Positions 26,008-32,000 of a DNA stretch of 32,000 nucleotides are shown here, in pieces (the stretch's first letter is position 1; every line of letters starts with the position of its first letter). Location of the stretch: the NCBI RefSeq assembly GCF_000341395.1, contig NC_020304.1, forward strand, positions 2,010,001 to 2,042,000, given 5' to 3'. The translations under genes were made by a program, and so were the position numbers. Origin of the DNA: Desulfocapsa sulfexigens DSM 10523. GTDB taxonomy: Bacteria; Desulfobacterota; Desulfobulbia; Desulfobulbales; Desulfocapsaceae. The notes beneath the pieces are model-generated. The model was not told where the DNA came from, did no database searches, and saw only the letters and a list, made by a program, of their open reading frames with translations.

Positions 26008-27282
26008 TTATAATCTTCCGTCCACAGCGTTGCTTGGAAGGATGTTCTTTACATCATAGATAATGCTTTCTTCTTTGCCTAAGGATTTGATCCATTCAAT
26101 CCCTTTTAATTTAAATTCGCCATGGGCAACGCAAAGAACAATCGCGTCATAATGTGCTACAGTCGGGGAGTCAATCAGGTTGATGTTGTACTCCTGTCGC
26201 GCCTCGTCTTTGTCAACCCATGGGTCATATACGTCAAGGCTGACACCATAAGATGTGAATTCATTGATCACGTCGACTACTTTGGTGTTGCGGATATCCG
26301 GGCAGTTTTCTTTGAAGGTCAGTCCAAGGATAAGAATCTTCGAATCCTTCACATGAACTTTCTTTTGCAGCATAAGTTTAACCACCCGGGATACCACATA
26401 TGCCCCCATATTGTCGTTAATGCGGCGTCCGGCGAGGATCATCTCCGGGTTGTACCCCGTTTCCTGTGCTTTGTGGGTAAGGTAATAGGGATCGACTCCT
26501 ATGCAGTGACCACCAACCAGACCGGGACGAAAGGGGAGGAAATTCCATTTGGTAGCTGCAGCATCGAGGACCTCATTGGTGTCGATTCCCATGCGGTGAA
26601 AAATAAGCGACAACTCGTTGACAAGGGCAATATTTACATCACGCTGTGTATTTTCAATGACTTTAGCTGCTTCAGCAACCTTGATGGAGCTGGCCTTATA
26701 GGTGCCGGCTTTTACTATACTTGCGTACAGGGTATCAATTATTTCTGCAGCCTCAGGATTAGATCCTGCGGTGACCTTTGTAATTGTTGTGAGGCAGTGT
26801 AGTTTATCCCCAGGATTGATACGTTCAGGACTGTATCCTACTGAGAAGTTTTTATTAAAGGTGAGATTCGATTCCTGTTCAAGAATGGGAACACAAATTT
26901 CTTCAGTTGCTCCTGGATATACGGTGGATTCATAGACAACGATGTCGCCCTCGGATAAAAATCTTCCAACAAGTGAACTGGCTCCTTGAAGGGGGCGCAG
27001 GTTCGGCTGTTTATGCCTGTCAATTGGGGTTGGAACAGCAATGATATAAAAGTTGTATGCTTTGAGATCTTCTTCCTGACTGGAAAACTGGAGCTGTGGG
27101 TTGTTTGCTAAATCCTCGGGAGTAACTTCTCTGGTGGAATCCCTACCCTCTAAAAGTTCCTGTACTCGTGCTTCTTTGATGTCGAAACCAAGAGTTGGGT
27201 AATTCTTTCCAAGTTCCACAGCCAGAGGAAGGCCGACATATCCCAGGCCGATGACGGCTATTTTTATTTCTGATATTTGCAT
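26008..27282 (-). CDS. tviB: Nucleotide-sugar 6-dehydrogenase, TviB/WbpO-like (UDP-N-acetyl-D-glucosamine 6-dehydrogenase)
   Basis: 424 aa. Motifs: [19 protein letters not shown] (NAD Rossmann), [38 protein letters not shown] (catalytic Cys) and C-terminal DGRL, as in TviB/WbpO-type enzymes. Confidence 0.85.
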   Translation of the reverse strand: MQISEIKIAVIGLGYVGLPLAVELGKNYPTLGFDIKEARVQELLEGRDSTREVTPEDLANNPQLQFSSQEEDLKAYNFYIIAVPTPIDRHKQPNLRPLQGASSLVGRFLSEGDIVVYESTVYPGATEEICVPILEQESNLTFNKNFSVGYSPERINPGDKLHCLTTITKVTAGSNPEAAEIIDTLYASIVKAGTYKASSIKVAEAAKVIENTQRDVNIALVNELSLIFHRMGIDTNEVLDAAATKWNFLPFRPGLVGGHCIGVDPYYLTHKAQETGYNPEMILAGRRINDNMGAYVVSRVVKLMLQKKVHVKDSKILILGLTFKENCPDIRNTKVVDVINEFTSYGVSLDVYDPWVDKDEARQEYNINLIDSPTVAHYDAIVLCVAHGEFKLKGIEWIKSLGKEESIIYDVKNILPSNAVDGRL

Positions 27283-27325
27283 GGATGTCTACAATGAGTA
27301 AATGGTTAGTATGACTTTGCAAGCA

Positions 27326-27354
27326 ATGATAATGAATTTATGCCATGCGTGCAA
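27326..27354 (-). promoter_or_regulatory. Weak candidate internal promoter upstream of the tviB-like gene
   Basis: On the minus strand: TTGCAC (27354..27349), a 17-nt spacer, then TATCAT (27331..27326), in the 162-nt gap between the wzc-like and tviB-like genes. Confidence 0.2.
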
Positions 27355-27444
27355 TCAGATAAAATGATTAAAACGGGGTGTGGTTGCCAGTCATCGCCTA
27401 CTAGAAAAAGCTAGAAGATAAACTGTTTTTGTTATGGAAAAGCT

Positions 27445-29673
27445 TTATTCCTTATCGTAGTATTCGTAATATCCATAGTACCCGGAATCTTTTTTACTTC
27501 TGATGATTCCATTGATCACAATACCAAGGATAGGGGTGTGGATGTCTCGCAGCTTCTTTAATCCGGAATCCAGCATATCGTAGGTGGTCTTTCCCGATCT
27601 GGCAATCAGCAGTACTCCATCTACGATGGCACTGAGGGTGAGGCTGTCTGTCACACGTTGAATAGGGGGAGAATCGAGGAGCACGAAGTCATAAAACTTC
27701 ATTGTTTCATCCATGAGCAGCTGCATTCTTCGTGATTGTAGTAATTCAGCCGGGTTCGGAGGTATGGGGCCTGATGTAATAATAGAGAGTTTCTCATCCG
27801 GGATTGGTCTGATAGGATTCTTTTTGGTGTCGCCGGTGAGGTAGTTGCTTAATCCAAAGGAATTTGGAACATTGAAAAGAGAGTGGGTGCGTGGTCTGCG
27901 CATGTCACAGTCAATAATCAGTACTTTCTTGTTGTTCTGAGAAAGAACCCTGGCGAGGTTGCATGTTGTGGATGTTTTACCCTCTTTTGGTGACATACTG
28001 GTAATTAAAAGAGAGCGTGGAGGATGATCCGGGGACGACAGGAGCAGGCTGGAACGGATCAGACGATAATTCTCCGAAAGTGGCGACAGCGGGTGCTCAA
28101 GAATATGCGATTCTATTGCCTCGTCTTTGCCTTGGAGCTCTTCAACTGTTCCCAGCACCGTTAAATCGAAACGCTGCTCAACATCTTTCCCGTCCTTTAC
28201 GGTGTTGTCCAGGTATTCGATAAAGAATGCCAGGCCAATGCCACCAAAAAGGCCAAGAATGAGGCCCAGCAGGAGGTTACGCTTTTTTTGCGGTTTTGAT
28301 GGTGAGGAGGGGAATTCCGCTTTTTTTACAACCCATATCTTAATTTCCTGAGACTGTTCGGTGACACTGGCTTTCTTAATGCTGGAGGTGAGGGCATCGT
28401 AGAGTACCCGGTTCATATCAACATCCCTTTTCATAATGGTGTATTGAGTGAACCTCTCGTTTATGTTGAGCATCTCGTTTTTGGTCTTGGCGAGCAGCTG
28501 CTTGAGATTTTCTTCCCGAGATTTGGCAAGCTCATAGCTGTTGCGGGTTGAGTCTATAATTCTATCCACTTCGATTTTCTTTTCTCTTAACAACAGGGCC
28601 TGTTCAGCTTTGGCGTTGATCATTACCGGATGCTTGTAGCCATATTTTTTAGAGAGATCTTTGATCTTTTGCTCTGTGGCAAAGATTTGATCACGAAGAT
28701 TCTGCAATACCTTGTTTTCAGCAAAAATGGGGATTGTCTCTATATTATCGTAGTTTTCCCCCAAAGCTTTGATTTGTGCATAGAGCGCTTCAAATTCTTG
28801 CTGTTCTGTCTGTGCCTTGGAAAGCTTGGAACTGAACTCAGAGAGTTTTTCCGGGTAGACTGCGAGCTTGTTCTCGACGGTTACCAGGTCGTTATCTCTC
28901 ATGTATTGCTGCAGGGCAAGTTCTGCTCCTTCGAGTTTTTTACGTTCTTCAGCTGCCTTGCTTGTCATCCACTGCAGAGAGTAGTTACTCGATGCAAGTT
29001 TTATTTCCAGGATTTGATCCATATATGCCTGAATCATGGCGTTCGTGACCAGTTTTGCTATTGCCGGATTTTTGTCACTGTAGCTGATTATGACGGTTTT
29101 GGTGTTGGCCACAGGCTTGATGGAAAGCCCACCCATGATTTTCGCAGCAATGATTTCTGCATCCGTTTTTGGCTCATTGGCAATAAGTAATCCGGATCCT
29201 TCTGTGTTCGTTTCAGATCCCTCAGGGGCTGAGGAGAAAAAGCCTTTGATGAAATCCTTGATTCCGGTCTTGAATGATGAGAGGAAGCTGAACAATCCTT
29301 CCTTTTCTTCGCTGAAAAAATAATGTCTGTATTTGGTGTCCAGTTGCAGTTGCTTGACAACCCTTTGAGTAACGTCTGTGCTGCGAATTAACTCAAATTG
29401 AGTAGTCAGGAAGTCAGGATCCCAGCGGTAATAGGAATTACCGCCCTCAATGGCACTCGATGAGGTGTTTCGTTCGATAAGAACCTGGGACGAGGCAGTA
29501 TAGATGGGGGTGGCAGTATAAGTAGCTATGAAAACAGTAAGGAAAGTGATAGCCAGAAACGTAAGAACCGTTGTCTTGCGTTTGAGGATTACGCTGATGT
29601 AATCACGAAGGTGGATTTCCTGTTCCTGTGTATCCTGGAAAGCAGGTTGCTGTGTCGGGGGGATAATGTTCAT
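27445..29673 (-). CDS. Polysaccharide co-polymerase (PCP-2a) / BY-tyrosine autokinase, Wzc/GumC-like
   Basis: 742 aa. It has an N-terminal Wzz-type domain with TM1 (VLTFLAITFLTVFIATY), a long coiled-coil periplasmic region, and TM2 (LLLGLILGLFGGIGLAFFIEYL). The kinase domain has Walker A SPKEGKTSTTCNLA, Walker A' LIIDCDMRRP and Walker B DFVLLDSPP. The tail is Tyr-rich (SGYYGYYEYYDKE). Confidence 0.9.
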   Translation of the reverse strand: MNIIPPTQQPAFQDTQEQEIHLRDYISVILKRKTTVLTFLAITFLTVFIATYTATPIYTASSQVLIERNTSSSAIEGGNSYYRWDPDFLTTQFELIRSTDVTQRVVKQLQLDTKYRHYFFSEEKEGLFSFLSSFKTGIKDFIKGFFSSAPEGSETNTEGSGLLIANEPKTDAEIIAAKIMGGLSIKPVANTKTVIISYSDKNPAIAKLVTNAMIQAYMDQILEIKLASSNYSLQWMTSKAAEERKKLEGAELALQQYMRDNDLVTVENKLAVYPEKLSEFSSKLSKAQTEQQEFEALYAQIKALGENYDNIETIPIFAENKVLQNLRDQIFATEQKIKDLSKKYGYKHPVMINAKAEQALLLREKKIEVDRIIDSTRNSYELAKSREENLKQLLAKTKNEMLNINERFTQYTIMKRDVDMNRVLYDALTSSIKKASVTEQSQEIKIWVVKKAEFPSSPSKPQKKRNLLLGLILGLFGGIGLAFFIEYLDNTVKDGKDVEQRFDLTVLGTVEELQGKDEAIESHILEHPLSPLSENYRLIRSSLLLSSPDHPPRSLLITSMSPKEGKTSTTCNLARVLSQNNKKVLIIDCDMRRPRTHSLFNVPNSFGLSNYLTGDTKKNPIRPIPDEKLSIITSGPIPPNPAELLQSRRMQLLMDETMKFYDFVLLDSPPIQRVTDSLTLSAIVDGVLLIARSGKTTYDMLDSGLKKLRDIHTPILGIVINGIIRSKKDSGYYGYYEYYDKE

Positions 29674-29699
29674 AGCATGGATAGGTATTCTGACAGGAT

Positions 29700-30512
29700 T
29701 TAAAAAAAACTTTCAGGGACAACAACGACATCGTTGGCAAGGACAGAGGTGCCATGATCGACATTCTTGAGGATAGTTTTCTCCCCATTGACAATTCGTA
29801 CAATATCGATCCCGGATTTGGATGCTTTGCCGGTGAAACCGCCTGCACGTGCGATTAGTTTAAGGACTGTACTTTCATTATCACAGGTGTAGGCATCGGG
29901 ATTCTTGACTTCACCTGTTACATAGCACATACCGCCCTTGGATATGTAAATGGTGTCTCCATCCTGAATGAGGATGTTTTGGCTGAGATCTCCTCCCTCG
30001 ACCATGGAATTGATGTTTACAACGAGTACTTCCTTTTTTCCATCCTTGGTTCTTTTAATGGTTGCAGTATCACCAGCACCCTCCTTCAGGCCACCGGCTT
30101 GGGAAACGATCTCAAGAAAGGTGGTTGCGCCACGTAATTCTGCTATTCCAGGCTTGTATACCTGTCCGAGAATTACGGCTTTTTTTGAGCGAAATTCTTC
30201 TATGAAAATATTTACCTGAGGGTTTACGATGTAGCCATCAGCCAGGAGTGTCGTGAGCTTCTGAGTAACTTCTGTTAAGGACATGCCGCCAACATGAACC
30301 AGGCCGATAAAGGGGATAACAATTGAACCGTCGTTTGAGACCCGGACTGTTTTCTGTAAATCCGGGTGATCATAAACATCAATTTTCAAGACATCGCCGG
30401 AACCAACGATGTAATTATCGGCAAGGCTGTTTGTGGAGAAACAAAGCAGGATTGTCAGGCAGAACGTAGCAAAGAACAAATAAGTTTGAAAAGGAAATTT
30501 CACATTACACAT
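29700..30512 (-). CDS. Short outer-membrane polysaccharide export (OPX) protein, Wza-like (Poly_export + SLBB domains, no C-terminal OM helix)
   Basis: 270 aa. Signal peptide FFATFCLTILLCFSTNSLA, then YIVGSGDVLKIDVYDHPDL..VSNDGSIVIPFIGLVHVGGMSLTEV..YIVNPQVNIFIEEFRSKKAVILGQVYKPG (Poly_export). An SLBB-like repeat follows (GDTIYI..CYVTGEVKNPDAY..TVLKLIARAGG). Confidence 0.88.
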   Translation of the reverse strand: MCNVKFPFQTYLFFATFCLTILLCFSTNSLADNYIVGSGDVLKIDVYDHPDLQKTVRVSNDGSIVIPFIGLVHVGGMSLTEVTQKLTTLLADGYIVNPQVNIFIEEFRSKKAVILGQVYKPGIAELRGATTFLEIVSQAGGLKEGAGDTATIKRTKDGKKEVLVVNINSMVEGGDLSQNILIQDGDTIYISKGGMCYVTGEVKNPDAYTCDNESTVLKLIARAGGFTGKASKSGIDIVRIVNGEKTILKNVDHGTSVLANDVVVVPESFF

Positions 30513-30638
30513 AACAGGATTTTCTTTATTTGTGCCTCAGAAGAGTAACTTCTTTGGCATGAAAAAATATGTATCCTGTTATTCAAAGTCACTACGCTTC
30601 AAGAAGAGACTGAAACACAATATGTAATATAACAGGAG
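30511..30638 (-). promoter_or_regulatory. Three copies of a 9-10 nt motif (transcript sense UCCUGUUAU / AUAACAGGAU / AUCCUGUUAU) in the wza-like leader; candidate RNA switch or operator set
   Basis: The plus strand has ataacaggat at 30511..30520 (overlapping the ATG at 30510..30512), its exact reverse complement atcctgttat at 30573..30582, and ataacagga again at 30629..30637. Confidence 0.4.
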
Positions 30639-30663
30639 TTTTTTTCAAAGGATGAAAAAAACT
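30637..30663 (-). terminator. A/U-rich 9-bp hairpin immediately downstream of the beta-barrel gene stop
   Basis: agttttttt (30637..30645), a 9-nt loop, then aaaaaaact (30655..30663). The arms are perfectly complementary, but the stem is almost all A-U, so it is thermodynamically weak. Confidence 0.15.
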
Positions 30664-30670
30664 TTACCCA

Positions 30671-32000
30671 TTATAGCGCAGAATTCAAACTAAAGGAAAC
30701 AGTGTTTGTGTCATACTCGTAAATTTCATCGGTTGAATTCCTTTGTTCCCATGTGTAGGCAAGTTCAGCCATTAGCCAGTCATTAAAAATATACTGCAGG
30801 GCAGGGCGGAGGATAAAGCGATCATCATCACGTTTAGGGCCAGTTATTTGATTATAGTCAGCGTTTTCATATGTGAAATCCAGCATTCCTATAAAATCTT
30901 CAGCGAATTCCTGATTGTAACGGAACGTCCCGCCAAGAATTCTTTTATCCAGTGCCTCCGTACTGTCAGTTTCCTCTATCTGATGATGCATGCCAAGGGA
31001 AAGGCTTGTTTTCTGGGTGACCTTGTACTGAACGTCCAGCTCAAAAATAAGTCCGTCATTGTTTGAGTTATAGGAGTTTTCGCTGATATCGTTTACTGCT
31101 TTGTCTTTATACTCACGTGTCTGATAACCTGCTTTGAAGTCTATCGAAGTTTTGGTGGAGGCAATCCAGCTTATACCGCCGTATATGGAGTCCTGATCAT
31201 TGTCTTTGTCAGTTTCGGTGTCGTAACTTACGTCTATGTACCTGTACTCCAGAAAAAGTGCGGTTTTCGGACTGAATGTGAAAATACCGTAAAGTGAAAA
31301 GGCATTATCAGTTCTGTTGAGGAAAGCATCATCAACTTCCTTGTAGTCGAGAAAGAAGTTCGAATAGTCGACCTTCAGGCCGATTTTTTCTGTAATGTCC
31401 CAGATAACATTAAACAAAGCTATATTTGAATTATAACGTCTTAAGCTTATTTCACCGAGGAAGTTACCAATATCAAAGCGATCCTGGCTACGGGTGTAAT
31501 GGTCAACAAGCTCAAAAGAAAGGCCGCTTCTCAGGTTAAGTTTGAAGAAACCTTCAACGTTGGCGTCGTAATCGTTTAATTCTGAATCTTCAGAATAATA
31601 TTTAAAGTCCAGTGCACCGAGGATATAGGCATTATATCGCTCAAATCCGGGGTAATCGGGTAGGGCCATCTGAAGTCCGCCCGGGGTCGAGTTGTTTGGA
31701 GCAATGGCAAGCGGCACCTCCTTTGTCCTGGGAAATGCGAGCCAGATACCTGGAGACAATGTCGTCAGGAAGTTACTCTTTTCATCTGTATAGACATTGA
31801 AAAGGTTGTCGGTGTATTCACCGGCGACACTGAAGAAGGGATGTATATAACCACCACCCTTAGTTCCGAAAAGATCGTCATCATCCGTCTGGAGGTTGTC
31901 TTCCGGCAGAAGAGATTCGGACGTTCCCGATGGTCCCTGTCCCATGGGGGTGTCCTGGGCTGGAGCAACCGCATCGGTTTGGGCGACGACAGTCATTTTG
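30671..32000 (-). CDS. Outer-membrane beta-barrel protein, probable partner of the short OPX protein; 5' end probably beyond the right window edge
   Basis: The track ORF starts at 31996, but the frame is still open at 32000 and no signal peptide precedes MTVVAQTDA. The rest shows repeated amphipathic beta-strand patterns with aromatic girdles (ALDFKYYSE, FFKLNLRSGLSFELVDHY, LKVDYSNFFLDYKE, FSLYGIFTFS, LFLEYRYIDVSYD, LIFELDVQYKV, MAELAYTWEQRN). Confidence 0.65.
   Translation of the reverse strand, partial: KMTVVAQTDAVAPAQDTPMGQGPSGTSESLLPEDNLQTDDDDLFGTKGGGYIHPFFSVAGEYTDNLFNVYTDEKSNFLTTLSPGIWLAFPRTKEVPLAIAPNNSTPGGLQMALPDYPGFERYNAYILGALDFKYYSEDSELNDYDANVEGFFKLNLRSGLSFELVDHYTRSQDRFDIGNFLGEISLRRYNSNIALFNVIWDITEKIGLKVDYSNFFLDYKEVDDAFLNRTDNAFSLYGIFTFSPKTALFLEYRYIDVSYDTETDKDNDQDSIYGGISWIASTKTSIDFKAGYQTREYKDKAVNDISENSYNSNNDGLIFELDVQYKVTQKTSLSLGMHHQIEETDSTEALDKRILGGTFRYNQEFAEDFIGMLDFTYENADYNQITGPKRDDDRFILRPALQYIFNDWLMAELAYTWEQRNSTDEIYEYDTNTVSFSLNSAL

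Noticed and set aside
26122-26802. A 226-aa plus-strand ORF antisense to the tviB-like gene. Similar long antisense ORFs lie at 28630..29190 (186 aa), 24170..24661 (163 aa), 10279..10695 (138 aa), 10491..10868, 20948..21316 and 18449..18778.
   Set aside because: Each is embedded opposite a gene with strong family signatures. Their translations are low-complexity or Cys/Arg-rich with no motifs or RBS. They are typical shadow ORFs.
27283-27444. A sigma-54 promoter (TGGCAC-N5-TTGC) in the larger intergenic gaps (27283..27444, 30513..30670, 22021..22286). TGGCA-containing strings are present, for example gactggcaacc and catggcataa.
   Set aside because: None has a GC element at the required 10-nt spacing from the GG element.
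30652-30693. A 13-codon plus-strand mini-ORF (MKKTLPIIAQNSN) preceded by aggag.
   Set aside because: The SD-like sequence is 13 nt from the ATG, the ORF overlaps the end of the beta-barrel gene, and the aggag is better explained as part of the repeated leader motif.
1-32000. An exosortase/PEP-CTERM association. The AsnB-like amidotransferase, Wzy_C ligase-like proteins, short OPX, beta-barrel and GumC-like kinase resemble gene sets seen in such loci.
   Set aside because: No exosortase (EpsH/XrtA) gene or PEP-CTERM-tailed protein is visible in this window. For example, the 1309-aa protein ends ..PVKCKKF. The label cannot be supported from this sequence alone.
1-32000. CRISPR arrays, tRNA/rRNA genes and prophage or integrative-element signatures.
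   Set aside because: I saw no regularly spaced direct repeats, no cloverleaf-like or rRNA-like segments in the short intergenic regions, and no integrase, transposase or phage structural genes.

Overview
The window is almost entirely one large Wzx/Wzy-dependent surface-polysaccharide (EPS, capsule or O-antigen type) biosynthesis and export locus from a Gram-negative, AT-rich genome (about 40% GC by eye). I call 19 protein genes, 18 of them on the minus strand. In transcription order (right to left) they form four groups. (1) Export: an outer-membrane beta-barrel protein (5' end probably off-window), a short Wza-like OPX protein, and a Wzc-like co-polymerase/tyrosine autokinase. (2) Nucleotide-sugar supply: a TviB-like UDP-GlcNAc 6-dehydrogenase, a TviC/WbpP-like 4-epimerase, and UDP-glucuronate decarboxylase (UXS). 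(3) The only plus-strand gene, an AAA ATPase with a PD-(D/E)xK nuclease-like C-terminus (DUF4143 type), sits between the two halves and is flanked by near-consensus divergent promoters. (4) Assembly and decoration: two tandem, equal-length paralogous Wzy_C(O-antigen-ligase)-TPR fusion proteins, a 1309-aa secreted protein with a C-terminal LamG-like domain, a Wzx flippase, a sulfotransferase, an orphan CapA-like protein, a plain Wzy_C polymerase, an ATPgrasp_ST-like ligase, an AsnB-family amidotransferase, a second ATP-grasp protein, two GT4 glycosyltransferases, and a bi-domain (Zn-ADH + Gfo/Idh/MocA) oxidoreductase. The oxidoreductase runs off the left edge and is missing from the supplied ORF track. 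I saw no rRNA, tRNA, CRISPR array, transposase or integrase. The most interesting candidates are: the uncharacterised amide-forming decoration cassette (two ATP-grasp ligases + AsnB-like + CapA-like) next to a sulfotransferase; the duplicated Wzy_C-TPR genes; the giant secreted LamG protein; a three-copy motif in the wza-like leader that can form mutually exclusive hairpins, one of them covering the start codon; and two A10 homopolymer tracts inside the AsnB-like and Wzy genes. All family assignments come from motif recognition by eye. No database search was run.
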